Shown: piece after piece, positions 21,258 through 33,169 of the stretch | Layout: each line of letters starts with the position of its first letter | Numbering within the stretch: position 1 is the stretch's first letter | NCBI RefSeq assembly: GCF_003018255.1 | Contig: NZ_CP027440.1 | Reading direction: 5' to 3' (one strand) | Source of the DNA: Escherichia coli | GTDB taxonomy: Bacteria; Pseudomonadota; Gammaproteobacteria; Enterobacterales; Enterobacteriaceae | Length of the DNA stretch: 64,000 nt | Translations under genes and position numbers: made by a program | The notes under the pieces: model-generated | Told to the model about the DNA's origin: nothing | Database searches by the model: none | What the model saw: only the letters and a program-made list of their open reading frames with translations

Positions 21258-22115
21258 ATGAAAGCACCAGGCTTGCCCGCCGATCAACAATTTTTCGCCG
21301 ATCTGTTCAGCGGCCTGGTGCTTAACCCGCAACTACTGGGGCGCGTCTGGTTTGCCAGCCAGCCTGCCTCGTTACCGGTGGGCAGTTTATGTATTGATTT
21401 TCCCCGTCTGGATATCGTGCTGCGCGGCGAATACGGCAATCTGCTGGAAGCAAAGCAGCAACGTATGGTTGAAGGAGAAATGCTGTTTATTCCGGCGCGC
21501 GCGGCTAATTTACCGATCAACAACAAACCGGTGATGCTGTTAAGCCTGGTGTTCGCACCGACCTGGCTTGGGTTATCGTTTTACGATAGCCGCACCACGT
21601 CGTTGTTGCATCCGGTTCGCCAGATCCAACTTCCCAGCCTGCAACGCGGCGAAGGTGAAGCAATGCTTACTGCCCTCACCCATCTTAGCCGTTCGCCGCT
21701 GGAGCAGAATATCATTCAGCCGCTGGTGTTAAGTTTGCTGCATCTTTGCCGTAACGTGGTGAATATGCCGCCGGGCAATTCGCAGCCGCGCGGCGATTTT
21801 CTCTATCACAGCATTTGTAACTGGGTTCAGGATAATTATGCCCAGCCGCTCACCCGTGAGAGCGTGGCGCAGTTTTTTAATATCACGCCAAATCATCTGT
21901 CAAAACTGTTTGCTCAGCATGGAACAATGCGTTTTATCGAGTATGTTCGCTGGGTACGAATGGCAAAAGCGAGGATGATTTTGCAAAAATATCATCTGTC
22001 GATTCATGAAGTGGCGCAGCGTTGCGGGTTTCCGGATAGCGACTATTTTTGTCGCGTTTTCCGGCGTCAGTTTGGTCTGACGCCGGGAGAGTACAGCGCC
22101 CGTTTTCAGGGCTAA
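21258..22115 (+). CDS. ypdC: AraC-family transcriptional regulator
   Basis: 285-aa ORF with C-terminal AraC-type HTH (HEVAQRCGFPDSDYFCRVFRRQFGLTPGEY). Confidence 0.9.
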   Translation: MKAPGLPADQQFFADLFSGLVLNPQLLGRVWFASQPASLPVGSLCIDFPRLDIVLRGEYGNLLEAKQQRMVEGEMLFIPARAANLPINNKPVMLLSLVFAPTWLGLSFYDSRTTSLLHPVRQIQLPSLQRGEGEAMLTALTHLSRSPLEQNIIQPLVLSLLHLCRNVVNMPPGNSQPRGDFLYHSICNWVQDNYAQPLTRESVAQFFNITPNHLSKLFAQHGTMRFIEYVRWVRMAKARMILQKYHLSIHEVAQRCGFPDSDYFCRVFRRQFGLTPGEYSARFQG

Positions 22116-22117
22116 CG

Positions 22118-24613
22118 TCAGAAGGTTAATTCTGTTTCCAGCAGCGTCAGGATGCTTTGTGCATCTTGCGCGGCAAACAACGACTGGCGGAAGTTTTTAT
22201 TCACCAGTTTACGCGCCAGCTGCGAGAAGACTTTCACATGATTCATCCCTTCGTTAGCGCCCAGTGTCAGCATGATCACCAGTTCGACTTCGCCCATTTC
22301 TGACTGCCAGTCAACCGGTTTCACCAGTCGGGCAATGCTGATACTGGAATGACGGATCCACTGAGATTTGGTGTGCGGGATCGCTACGCCAAAACCAACG
22401 CCGGTGGTAACAATCTCTTCCCGCTGCCAGACATCCTCTTCCAGCTCGAACGGATGTTCAGTGCGCCCGTTAACGCCGAGGTTACCGCACAGGAACTGGA
22501 TCGCCTGCTCTTTATTGCTAAAAGCCTGATCAACAAAGATATTCTCCAGCGCCAGCAGAGGGCGAACGTCTTCTTCCGGCGTAAACGCGGTGAGTAACGC
22601 TTCAATCTCCTGCGCGCTGCGGCATTCACATGCCTGACGCGCCAGTTCCCGACACGCCTCGCTATCCAGTTGACGAAGCTGGCTTTTCACCGCCGGAATG
22701 CGCGGGCTACTCATACTCAGCTCGTCCAGGCCCAGCCCAAGCAGTAGCGGCAGATAACGGCTTTCACCGCCCAGTTCACCGCAAATACCTACCCATTTAC
22801 CCCGCTGATGCGCAGTGGTAACAATCTGCTGCAACATGCGCAGGAACGATGGCGTAATCGGGTTATACAGCGGCGATACGCGCGGGTTATTACGATCGAC
22901 CGCATACAGATACTGGGTCATATCGTTGGAGCCGATACTGAAGAAATCGACCTCATCGCAGAAGTGATCGATGATGTAGCACACCGACGGCACTTCCACC
23001 ATGATACCCAGCGTAATCGTCTCTGCATGACGCAGGCCATCGCGCTTAAGCTCAACGATCGCTTTTTGGATCTCGCCCTTCACCCATAAGATCTGATCGA
23101 GGCTGTGAACCATTGGGATCATCAACTGGGCGTTGCCGAAACTGGCGGCGCGCAAAATGGCCCGCAGTTGAGTGCGGAACAGGCCAGCAAATTCCGGGTA
23201 AATTCGTACCGCACGATAGCCGAGGAACGGGTTCTCTTCCTGGGGAATGTTGAGGTAAGGAATGCTTTTATCGCCGCCGATGTCCATTGTGCGGAAGATA
23301 ATCGGCTTGTCGCCCGCGGCCAGTAGCACCTGCTGGTAGGCTTCAAATTGCTCCTGCTCGTCCGGCGCACTGTCGCGATCCATATAGAGCATTTCGGTAC
23401 GAAACAGCCCGACGCCTTCCGCGCCGTTGGCAAACGCGCCAGGCGCTTCCAGCGCGGTGCCAATATTCGCCGCGATATCAATGCGCTTGTTATCACGGGA
23501 ATAGGCCAGCTGCGCGGCGGCCTGCGCCTGCTGCTGCTGACGTTTATCCGCCAGCATCTGCGCAACCTGATAATAACCGCTCACCGCGTCATTCGGGTTA
23601 ATCGCCAACACGCCGCACTGGGCGTCAAGCACCGCCGGTTGCCCGGCATAGCGCGCAATGGCATCCAGCGGCAGGCCGCTCAGTACCGGGATCGCCGAGG
23701 CGCGGGCCAGAATCAGGGTATGCGAGGTGCGCCCGGTTTTCTCCAGAATCATGCCCGCAAGATTTTTTAAATTGAGGCTCAAAAACTGGCTAGGGGTTAA
23801 ATCCTCTGCCACCAGAATGGTCGGTTTTTCCAGCACCAGATTGTTGCGCGGTTTTAGTTCCGGCCAGGTGATATGCAGTAACTGTTCGCTGATATCGCGA
23901 ATGTCGCTAACCCGCTCGCGCAGATAATCACTGGCAGAAGCAGAAAGTTTGGCGCAAACCTGCTCCATATTGCTGATGATCGCCGCCCCCAGCCCCTGAT
24001 GCTGTTCTGCCATCAGGTGACGGATATTGCCTGCAAATTCATCATCCTGAATCAGCGACAAATGGGCGCTGAGGATAGTTTTGCTTTCGCCGTCACGCTC
24101 ACGCAATTGCTGGTTCAGTTGCTCGGCAAGCGTTGCCAGGCTGTGCTCCAGCCGGGTGGAATCTTGCGCACTGGCGGGGATCGCCCGGTAACTGTCGAGG
24201 CTGTCGCTCTGTAACAGGGTCAGCGTACCCACGCCGACGCCGCTTGCCAGCACATTGCCGTACAGTAAATCAGGATTCAGACGGCTTAATGAACGCGGCA
24301 GCGGATGCGCCGTCAGTTCTGCCTGCGTTGGCTGGACGCTGTCGCTGTCGATAAAGCGCACCTGGATGTACTCTTCCAGCACGCGCCGCGCCTGCTCTTC
24401 ATCGCTGCCGCTAATGTTCAGGCTGCAACCGTCATTAAATAGGGTGCCGGTGCCAATCAGCGCCAGCGAGCTTTTGGCATCTGCCTTTGCGTTCTGGCGA
24501 TGGTTAATAAAAGTGATTTCGCTTTGCCACTGGCTGCACTGTTCTTTAAGTTCCCACGCCGGACGAGCATGCAGACCGTTTGGCAAAGGACAGAGAAATT
24601 GAATCGTTAACAT
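22118..24613 (-). CDS. fryA: PTS multiphosphoryl transfer protein (HPr-like, Enzyme I-like and IIA domains fused)
   Basis: 831-aa ORF; HPr-like N-terminus (GLHARPA), central EI-like PEP-utilising domain paralogous to ptsI in this window, C-terminal IIA-like domain. Confidence 0.92.
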   Translation of the reverse strand: MLTIQFLCPLPNGLHARPAWELKEQCSQWQSEITFINHRQNAKADAKSSLALIGTGTLFNDGCSLNISGSDEEQARRVLEEYIQVRFIDSDSVQPTQAELTAHPLPRSLSRLNPDLLYGNVLASGVGVGTLTLLQSDSLDSYRAIPASAQDSTRLEHSLATLAEQLNQQLRERDGESKTILSAHLSLIQDDEFAGNIRHLMAEQHQGLGAAIISNMEQVCAKLSASASDYLRERVSDIRDISEQLLHITWPELKPRNNLVLEKPTILVAEDLTPSQFLSLNLKNLAGMILEKTGRTSHTLILARASAIPVLSGLPLDAIARYAGQPAVLDAQCGVLAINPNDAVSGYYQVAQMLADKRQQQQAQAAAQLAYSRDNKRIDIAANIGTALEAPGAFANGAEGVGLFRTEMLYMDRDSAPDEQEQFEAYQQVLLAAGDKPIIFRTMDIGGDKSIPYLNIPQEENPFLGYRAVRIYPEFAGLFRTQLRAILRAASFGNAQLMIPMVHSLDQILWVKGEIQKAIVELKRDGLRHAETITLGIMVEVPSVCYIIDHFCDEVDFFSIGSNDMTQYLYAVDRNNPRVSPLYNPITPSFLRMLQQIVTTAHQRGKWVGICGELGGESRYLPLLLGLGLDELSMSSPRIPAVKSQLRQLDSEACRELARQACECRSAQEIEALLTAFTPEEDVRPLLALENIFVDQAFSNKEQAIQFLCGNLGVNGRTEHPFELEEDVWQREEIVTTGVGFGVAIPHTKSQWIRHSSISIARLVKPVDWQSEMGEVELVIMLTLGANEGMNHVKVFSQLARKLVNKNFRQSLFAAQDAQSILTLLETELTF

Positions 24614-24637
24614 AACCGCTCCGGGTTAATCAGGAGA

Positions 24638-25675
24638 TCATCTGAAATCCGTCAGTTGAACAACCGTCTCACGCGTAAGACGTTGAATAAGGGCAGATAA
24701 AAGCTGCTGCATCTGCAAAATGTCACGGCAATCGGCAATCGATGCGGCGCAATGTCCGTGGCGGGTGGCAGGCCCCATCACCACTGTGGGTACGCCAGTG
24801 CCGGTTAAGTGCACCGCCCCACCGTCCGTGCCACCGTTGCTGAACATATCCGCCTGCAACGGCACGCCAATTTCTGCCGCCACGGTTTCAATCCACGCGG
24901 TAAGTTTTGGCGGCGCAATCAGCGATTTATCGCTTAACACCAGCATCGGCCCGTTACCAATCTGACGATGGTTAGCCGCGCCATAATCAAAGTTTTTCGC
25001 CCAGCAGGCGGTATCAAGCACAATGGCGACGTCCGGCGACACCGCGCGGGTGGCAGTTTGCCCGCCGCGTAATCCCACCTCTTCGCTGGAACTTGCCACC
25101 AGCCACACCTCCGCAGGCAGTTCGGCGTCGTGCAGCTCACGTAGTAACGTCACCAGCAGATAGCAACCGAGGCGATCATCAAAGGCTTTCCCCATCACCC
25201 GCTGGTGAGGGAGAACCTGAAAAGTTGTATCAAAGGTGACGCGATCGCCTGGACGAATTCCCGCCTGCATCACTTCGTCATACGAGCGCGCACCAATGTC
25301 CACGCGTATGGTGCTGACGTCATTCCCCTGCCGGTCGCCGTCAAGCAGGCCTGGAATTTTGCACTCTTCACGGGTAGTGATACGCACCGACTGAAGCTGG
25401 CGGGCAGCCATGCGTACATTGCCAACCGGCAACACATCGATCGCCCCTTCGCGGGAGATGCTGCGCACCATAAATCCCACTTCGTCCATATGCGCACAGA
25501 TCATCACCTTCGGACCTGTCGACTCATTGAGTCGGATCAGCACCGATCCCAGCCCATCAAATCGCACTTCTTTTTGCAGGCGATCCGCTTCTTCCAGCAG
25601 GATCTGCCGTACTTCCTGTTCCGAGGAGGCGATCGCATCTGCCTCGCTCAACGCTTTTAATAACGATAAATCCAT
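24638..25675 (-). CDS. ypdE: M42-family aminopeptidase
   Basis: 345-aa ORF embedded between fryA and ypdF. Confidence 0.88.
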   Translation of the reverse strand: MDLSLLKALSEADAIASSEQEVRQILLEEADRLQKEVRFDGLGSVLIRLNESTGPKVMICAHMDEVGFMVRSISREGAIDVLPVGNVRMAARQLQSVRITTREECKIPGLLDGDRQGNDVSTIRVDIGARSYDEVMQAGIRPGDRVTFDTTFQVLPHQRVMGKAFDDRLGCYLLVTLLRELHDAELPAEVWLVASSSEEVGLRGGQTATRAVSPDVAIVLDTACWAKNFDYGAANHRQIGNGPMLVLSDKSLIAPPKLTAWIETVAAEIGVPLQADMFSNGGTDGGAVHLTGTGVPTVVMGPATRHGHCAASIADCRDILQMQQLLSALIQRLTRETVVQLTDFR

Positions 25676-26760
25676 TATGCCTCTCCCGTGAGCAACACTG
25701 TTTTCGGCATGGCGTAGAGCACTTCTACGCCTTGCGGGGTGACCAGCACAACATCTTCGATGCGCACGCCCCCTTGCCCTGGCAAATAAATCCCCGGCTC
25801 CACGGTCAGTAACATGCCTGGCTGTAGCGTCGTGGTGTCCCGCGGTGAAAAACGCGGATCCTCATGGACTTCAATACCGATAGCATGACCGGTGTTATGA
25901 CCGAAATAGTCGCCATAACCGGCTTCTGTAATCACCCGGCGCGCGGCGTCGTCAACCTGCTGGCAGCGTACGCCGGGGCGAATCGCGGAGATTGCTGCGA
26001 GCTGTGCCTGCAGGACAATCTGATAGACGTTAAACAGCGGGTGGGATTCGGCACTTACCCCTTCGCCATTCACCAGCAAGGTGCGCGTCATATCAGAGCA
26101 GTAGCCCTGATACAGCGCACCGAAATCGAGAGTGACAAACTCGCCCGCTGCAACAATCTTGTCGCTGGCTTTGCCGTGCGGCAGCGCCCCACGCCAGCCG
26201 CTGGCGACAATGGTATCGAAAGAGGCTTTTTCTGCGCCCTGCTGGCGCATAAACCACTCCAGTTCAGCGGCTATCTCGCGCTCGCTCATCCCCGCCTGAA
26301 TAAAGCGGCGAATATGCTCTGCACCGCGATCGGCAATCCCACAGGCGAGACGGATTTTCTCCACCTCCTCTGGCGTTTTGAGTTGCCGCAGCACATCCGG
26401 CGTGGCGCTAACCAGTTTCGCATTGAGTTCAGACTGCCAGCGGTGCGCGGTTTCCCAACTCACCTGCTGGCCTTCAAAACCGAGCGTTTGCAACTGCTCA
26501 TCGGCAAAGATTTGCCTGACGATGGTGGCAAGCGTGTGCATCGCGTCGAGCAAATGCAGCTGGTAACCTTGCGTGCGGGCTTCTACATCCGCGTAATAGC
26601 GCGAGTCCACCAGAATGTGCGCACTTTCACGGCAAATCACCACATAGCCTGATCCGGTGGAGATCCCCAGATGCGGCTGTTTGTTCTGCCGTGAGGAGAG
26701 AAGCACCGCATCCAGTTGTTGCGCCTTAAGCCAGTCGCGCAGCGAAGCGAGTAATGTCAT
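25675..26760 (-). CDS. ypdF: M24-family Xaa-Pro aminopeptidase
   Basis: 361-aa ORF with M24 metal-ligand context ([13 protein letters not shown]); stop overlaps ypdE start. Confidence 0.88.
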   Translation of the reverse strand: MTLLASLRDWLKAQQLDAVLLSSRQNKQPHLGISTGSGYVVICRESAHILVDSRYYADVEARTQGYQLHLLDAMHTLATIVRQIFADEQLQTLGFEGQQVSWETAHRWQSELNAKLVSATPDVLRQLKTPEEVEKIRLACGIADRGAEHIRRFIQAGMSEREIAAELEWFMRQQGAEKASFDTIVASGWRGALPHGKASDKIVAAGEFVTLDFGALYQGYCSDMTRTLLVNGEGVSAESHPLFNVYQIVLQAQLAAISAIRPGVRCQQVDDAARRVITEAGYGDYFGHNTGHAIGIEVHEDPRFSPRDTTTLQPGMLLTVEPGIYLPGQGGVRIEDVVLVTPQGVEVLYAMPKTVLLTGEA

Positions 26761-26774
26761 CAGGATTGTCCTTC

Positions 26775-28022
26775 TTACAGGCTATCGATTAACAATTTGC
26801 CTTTACGGAACATCATCAGACGCAGGAACACCACCATCAGCGCAGTTATGACTGCCCCCAGCGCGATCCCCGCCATGTAGACGCCGAGGTTAGTGACCAG
26901 CGGCCATGCCCAGATAGCGGACTCCGGGAACCATTGCACTGCGCCCAGCCAGACAGCGGCGGTTGAGCCGACAATCGCGCCGACCATATAGGACGGAATG
27001 GCGGTGATGGGGCTTTCCAGCGCAAACGGAATCGCACCCTCACTGATCCCCATAAACGCCAGGAACATGGCGGTTTTACCCTGCGGATAAAGCTGAGCAC
27101 TGAACAGACGTTTGCCGGTTAAACGGCGGTCGATAATGGTCGCCAGACCCAGACCAATCGGCGGAATAACAATAGCGATGGAACGCGCGGTAACCGGTAA
27201 TACGTGGTCAGTGGTAAAGCTGAAGGCAACGAAACCAGCTGCTTTGTTGATCGGGCCACCAAGGTCGATTGCTGTCGCCGCGGCGATCCCCATCGCGTAC
27301 ATTAGCGCACCCTTCTCACCTGCGGCAGTCAGCACGGTACGGATACCGCCGTTGATCCAGCCACCAAAGGGGGTGATGACGTAGTACATCGCCAGCATGA
27401 CAAAAATGGCGGAAAGAATCGGTAGCAAAAATGTGGTTTTGAACGCTAACAGGAAATCCGGTAACTGGATTTTCTGGTTCATCCACTTCACAAGGTAACC
27501 AGCAACGATAGAAATAATCAGGGCACCAATGAAGGTGGACGGCACCGGCGAAGAGGTCGCCCATTGCATCGTGCTGGGATCGAAGTTCAGCAGTTGCGTC
27601 GGCTGGGTAGACATCAACCCACCGATAAAACCAGCCGGGAACGCCAGTTTGCCACCGATAGAGTTCGCCACAAATGCAGCAAACATCGGAATGGCAAAAC
27701 CAAACAACACGCCGCCGAAGGACTGCGACAACCAGGCAAATTTCAGTAAGGAGAGGTCGAAACCGGAGAATTTCCCGCTATTAAGAGCATCCATGATGCC
27801 GATATCAGCAGGAATTTTAAGCCAGCTATAAGCAATCAGCTGGCTGAAAGCGAGGATCACACCGCCCATAATTAAGGTCGGCACCATGCGTGAAATCCCT
27901 GACATCACATGCTGCGGGAGTTCACCCCAGAAGCTGGTTTTAGAGGCCTGCGGATTCTTAACTGCCGCTGCCGCACCGGATGCGCCAGGCACAACGGTTG
28001 CACTGCGTTTTTTAATGGCCAT
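26775..28022 (-). CDS. fryC: PTS fructose-like EIIC permease
   Basis: 415-aa polytopic membrane ORF. Confidence 0.9.
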   Translation of the reverse strand: MAIKKRSATVVPGASGAAAAVKNPQASKTSFWGELPQHVMSGISRMVPTLIMGGVILAFSQLIAYSWLKIPADIGIMDALNSGKFSGFDLSLLKFAWLSQSFGGVLFGFAIPMFAAFVANSIGGKLAFPAGFIGGLMSTQPTQLLNFDPSTMQWATSSPVPSTFIGALIISIVAGYLVKWMNQKIQLPDFLLAFKTTFLLPILSAIFVMLAMYYVITPFGGWINGGIRTVLTAAGEKGALMYAMGIAAATAIDLGGPINKAAGFVAFSFTTDHVLPVTARSIAIVIPPIGLGLATIIDRRLTGKRLFSAQLYPQGKTAMFLAFMGISEGAIPFALESPITAIPSYMVGAIVGSTAAVWLGAVQWFPESAIWAWPLVTNLGVYMAGIALGAVITALMVVFLRLMMFRKGKLLIDSL

Positions 28023-28043
28023 AACAATTATCCCTGTCGAATA

Positions 28044-28370
28044 TTACTGTTGTTCAGAGGCAATCATCTCTTCGATTTCTTTGATGATGCCCGCAGCGTT
28101 TTTAATTGCGTCCTGCAAAGTGATTTCATAAACGTCGCGTGATTCGAAACGTTCGTTATCTTCCGGGGTAACCGCCACGGAGTGGATGATGATGGTCGCT
28201 TCGGCGATATCCTGCGCGGTCAGGCGATTCTGGATGCCGTCCGCGCCCTGAGTTTCAATTTTCACTTCATAGCCTGCTTCCACCGCCGCTTCTTCCAGCG
28301 CCTGGGCTGCCATAAAGGTGTGAGTCAGACCCATCGGGCAGGCACATAAAGCAATCAGTTTCTTACTCAT
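28044..28370 (-). CDS. fryB: PTS fructose-like EIIB component
   Basis: Start chosen at MSKKLIALCACPMGL (108 aa), with active-site Cys context, rather than upstream ATG at 28421. Confidence 0.88.
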   Translation of the reverse strand: MSKKLIALCACPMGLTHTFMAAQALEEAAVEAGYEVKIETQGADGIQNRLTAQDIAEATIIIHSVAVTPEDNERFESRDVYEITLQDAIKNAAGIIKEIEEMIASEQQ

Positions 28371-28536
28371 CGTTAATTCCTCGTTCAGTGATAGTTGACG
28401 AGTGAAATTATGAACGTGCAAAACAAATCGCCGTTACCAGACAAATAATGCATTTACTGGAGAATTAATCCCGCTGTACGGAAGTGTGACGCAGGTCGGC
28501 CTTGTGAGGGGACACAAAGGAAAATTGAATTAACTG

Positions 28537-28574
28537 TATGATTTAAAAGATTATCGGGAGAGTTACCTCCCGAT
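28537..28574 (-). terminator. Putative intrinsic terminator after glk
   Basis: 9-bp stem TATCGGGAG / CTCCCGATA; U-tract on the minus-strand transcript. Confidence 0.65.
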
Positions 28575-28588
28575 ATAACAGGAAGGAT

Positions 28589-29554
28589 TTAGAGAATGTG
28601 ACCTAAGGTCTGGCGTAAATGTGCACCGGAACCAAGAAGGCCCGGATTGTCATGGACGATGAGATACACCGGAATATCATGGACATATTCTTTAAAGCGC
28701 CCTTTATCTTCAAATGCGGCACGGAAACCAGAGGCTTTGAAGAACTCAAGGAAGCGCGGCACGATACCACCCGCAATAAACACGCCGCCAAATGTCCCGA
28801 GATTGAGCGCCAGATTGCCGCCAAAACGGCCCATAATGACGCAAAACAGCGACAACGCGCGGCGGCAATCGGTGCAGCTGTCAGCCAGCGCGCGTTCGGT
28901 AATATCTTTTGGCTTGAGATTTTCTGGCAGGCGGTTGTCGGCTTTAACAATTGCGCGATACAAATTCACCAGCCCAGGGCCAGAAAGCACGCGCTCTGCC
29001 GAAACATGACCAATTTCTGCACGCAGTATTTCGAGGATAATGCCCTCTTCTTCACTATTCGGCGCAAAATCAACGTGACCGCCTTCGCCTGGCAAGCTTA
29101 CCCAACGCTTATCGACATGGACCAGATGCGCAACCCCTAGCCCCGTTCCGGCACCGTAAACCGCAATAGGCTTACCTTCTACCGGTTCTGCGCCACCAAA
29201 CTGAATCAGATGCTCTTTTTTCAGCATCGGGATCGCCATCGATACAGCGGTAAAATCGTTGATAATTTCCAGATGGCTAAAACCGAGATTCTTTTTCATT
29301 TCGGCAATTGAGAACGCCCAGGTATGGTTGGTCATTGCCACCCAGTCACCGGTAATTGGGCAAGCGATGGCAATACAGCCGTCTTGCACCTCGATCTTAT
29401 GTTCTTCAAGATAAACGCGAATGACCGCTTCGAGGCTGGGGTAATCAAGCCCTGAATAGGTCTTAGCCTGCGAGATTTCACCACTGGCAATATCACACAG
29501 AGCAAGACGTGCGTTGGTGCCGCCCACATCACCGACTAATGCATACTTTGTCAT
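28589..29554 (-). CDS. glk: Glucokinase
   Basis: 321-aa ORF; N-terminal ATP-binding motif ([14 protein letters not shown]). Confidence 0.95.
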   Translation of the reverse strand: MTKYALVGDVGGTNARLALCDIASGEISQAKTYSGLDYPSLEAVIRVYLEEHKIEVQDGCIAIACPITGDWVAMTNHTWAFSIAEMKKNLGFSHLEIINDFTAVSMAIPMLKKEHLIQFGGAEPVEGKPIAVYGAGTGLGVAHLVHVDKRWVSLPGEGGHVDFAPNSEEEGIILEILRAEIGHVSAERVLSGPGLVNLYRAIVKADNRLPENLKPKDITERALADSCTDCRRALSLFCVIMGRFGGNLALNLGTFGGVFIAGGIVPRFLEFFKASGFRAAFEDKGRFKEYVHDIPVYLIVHDNPGLLGSGAHLRQTLGHIL

Positions 29555-29757
29555 TCTTCAACTGCTCCGCTAAAGTCAAAATAATTCTTTCTCACACTGT
29601 AAATACCTGGGGGCATAACAACAACGCCGGAAAGGCAGGCTCCCTGTAAATATCGATCTGGGTCACACAATTACTTTATCGTTTCAGCACCAATTGCAGC
29701 GATGCCTTTTTGCAAGCTGGGCAAACTAAGTATCTGACCCCGCATAAGGAATAGAAC

Positions 29758-31014
29758 ATGCTCCATCCGCGAGCCAGAACCATGTTGTTATTATCGCTCC
29801 CCGCCGTGGCAATTGGGATTGCGTCCAGTCTTATTCTGATTGTGGTGATGAAAATCGCCTCGGTATTACAGAATTTGCTCTGGCAACGACTGCCGGGAAC
29901 TCTGGGGATAGCCCAGGATTCACCTCTCTGGATCATCGGTGTATTAACGCTAACGGGTATTGCAGTGGGGTTGGTTATCCGTTTCAGCCAGGGTCATGCC
30001 GGACCAGACCCCGCCTGTGAACCGCTGATCGGCGCACCAGTTCCGCCCTCTGCGCTACCAGGACTTATCGTAGCATTAATTCTTGGTCTTGCTGGTGGCG
30101 TCAGCCTGGGGCCAGAACATCCGATCATGACCGTCAATATCGCCCTTGCGGTTGCCATTGGCGCTCGTCTGTTACCGCGCGTCAACCGAATGGAGTGGAC
30201 TATTTTAGCCTCTGCCGGAACCATCGGCGCGCTGTTTGGCACACCTGTTGCGGCGGCGTTGATATTTTCGCAAACCTTAAATGGCAGTAGTGAAGTTCCG
30301 CTATGGGATCGTCTTTTTGCGCCGTTAATGGCGGCAGCAGCTGGTGCACTAACTACCGGATTATTTTTCCATCCTCATTTTTCACTGCCCATTGCGCATT
30401 ACGGACAGATGCAAATGACCGATATTCTCAGTGGTGCAATTGTCGCGGCGATTGCCATCGCAGCAGGGATGGTCGCCGTATGGTGCTTACCACGATTGCA
30501 CGCGATGATGCATCAAATGAAAAATCCGGTGCTCGTGCTGGGTATTGGCGGATTTATTCTCGGTATTCTGGGGGTTATGGGTGGACCAGTTTCGCTGTTT
30601 AAAGGGCTGGATGAGATGCAGCAGATGGTGGCAAATCAGGCTTTCAGCACCAGCGATTACTTTTTGCTGGCGGTGATTAAACTTGCCGCCCTGGTCGTTG
30701 CTGCCGCCAGTGGCTTTCGCGGTGGGCGAATCTTCCCGGCAGTGTTTGTCGGCGTGGCATTAGGGTTGATGCTGCATGAGCACGTCCCCGCCGTTCCAGC
30801 GGCAATAACCGTTTCCTGCGCTATTCTCGGCATCGTGCTGGTGGTAACACGCGATGGCTGGTTAAGTCTTTTTATGGCGGCAGTCGTTGTACCCAATACC
30901 ACATTGCTACCGCTGCTCTGTATCGTCATGCTTCCGGCATGGCTGTTATTAGCAGGTAAGCCGATGATGATGGTCAATCGTCCGAAGCAACAGCCCCCCC
31001 ACGATAACGTTTAG
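29758..31014 (+). CDS. yfeO: ClC-like (voltage-gated chloride channel family) membrane protein
   Basis: 418-aa polytopic ORF with GxxxG-rich helices. Confidence 0.88.
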   Translation: MLHPRARTMLLLSLPAVAIGIASSLILIVVMKIASVLQNLLWQRLPGTLGIAQDSPLWIIGVLTLTGIAVGLVIRFSQGHAGPDPACEPLIGAPVPPSALPGLIVALILGLAGGVSLGPEHPIMTVNIALAVAIGARLLPRVNRMEWTILASAGTIGALFGTPVAAALIFSQTLNGSSEVPLWDRLFAPLMAAAAGALTTGLFFHPHFSLPIAHYGQMQMTDILSGAIVAAIAIAAGMVAVWCLPRLHAMMHQMKNPVLVLGIGGFILGILGVMGGPVSLFKGLDEMQQMVANQAFSTSDYFLLAVIKLAALVVAAASGFRGGRIFPAVFVGVALGLMLHEHVPAVPAAITVSCAILGIVLVVTRDGWLSLFMAAVVVPNTTLLPLLCIVMLPAWLLLAGKPMMMVNRPKQQPPHDNV

Positions 31015-31128
31015 CAAAAAATGCTCTCCTTTATGATTTAAGAGTTATGGCGATGATACGGGGCTTTACCTCCCCGTAATATTGCGTTAACAGGCCGCTG
31101 ACGGCTTCGATCGTGAAGGAGAATAACA

Positions 31129-31455
31129 ATGTTCAGGTCACTGTTTCTGGCGGCCGCCCTGATGGCATTTACCCCGCTTGCGGCAAACGCAGGTGAAATC
31201 ACCCTACTGCCATCAATCAAATTACAAATTGGCGATCGCGATCATTACGGTAATTACTGGGACGGTGGTCACTGGCGCGACCGTGACTACTGGCATCGCA
31301 ATTATGAATGGCGTAAAAACCGCTGGTGGCGTCATGATAATGGCTACCACCGTGGCTGGGATAAGCGTAAAGCGTATGAGCGTGGCTATCGTGAAGGCTG
31401 GCGCGATCGTGACGATCATCGCGGAAAAGGCCGCGGACATGGACACCGCCATTAA
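31129..31455 (+). CDS. ypeC: Secreted low-complexity Trp/Arg/His/Asp-rich protein
   Basis: 108-aa ORF; signal peptide ([21 protein letters not shown]) then repetitive WRDRDYW / WRDRDDH / GHGHRH segments; GGAG 7 nt upstream. Confidence 0.85.
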
Positions 31456-31479
31456 ACACATTCGCCAATGGAGCACAAT

Positions 31480-31590
<111 letters not shown>

Positions 31591-31595
31591 TTCAA

Positions 31596-32843
<1,248 letters not shown>

Positions 32844-32846
32844 CTA

Positions 32847-32868
32847 AAACATAGCCTTTGCTATGTTT
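32847..32868. promoter_or_regulatory. MntR-type operator palindrome in mntH promoter
   Basis: AAACATAGC-CTTT-GCTATGTTT, perfect 9-bp arms, 13 bp upstream of mntH start codon. Confidence 0.7.
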
Positions 32869-32883
32869 CATGCTATGTCAAAC

Positions 32884-32902
32884 GAGAATGATTATCAAAT
32901 TC
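32884..32902. promoter_or_regulatory. Fur-box-like sequence in mntH promoter
   Basis: GAGAATGATTATCAAATTC matches about 14 of 19 positions of GATAATGATAATCATTATC. Confidence 0.5.
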
Positions 32903-33169
32903 ATTTAAGTGGATTGTGATGATTTCTTTGATAGACCAGAATTATGACGACGAAAAGATTGATGACTTGAATGTTGTGATTATGTTTAATGTTAGCACAT
33001 TTACATAACTTTCAGCTTCCATACACAACATAGCAGAAATGTATGACAGCTCACTATTTTTGAAGCTTGTCACAGGACGTCATTATAGTGTGTGTCAGAT
33101 CTCGTTTTCCTTAACCATGTTACATAGAATGTGCACGGAAATTTAACCTGCCTCATATTTGGAGCAAAT

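Noticed and set aside
22349-24602. Many 60-150-aa ORFs overlapping fryA on both strands
   Set aside because: fryA is a long GC-rich gene with a coherent 831-aa multidomain product; the overlapping ORFs are Arg/Ala/Pro-rich, which is typical of out-of-frame GC-rich sequence.
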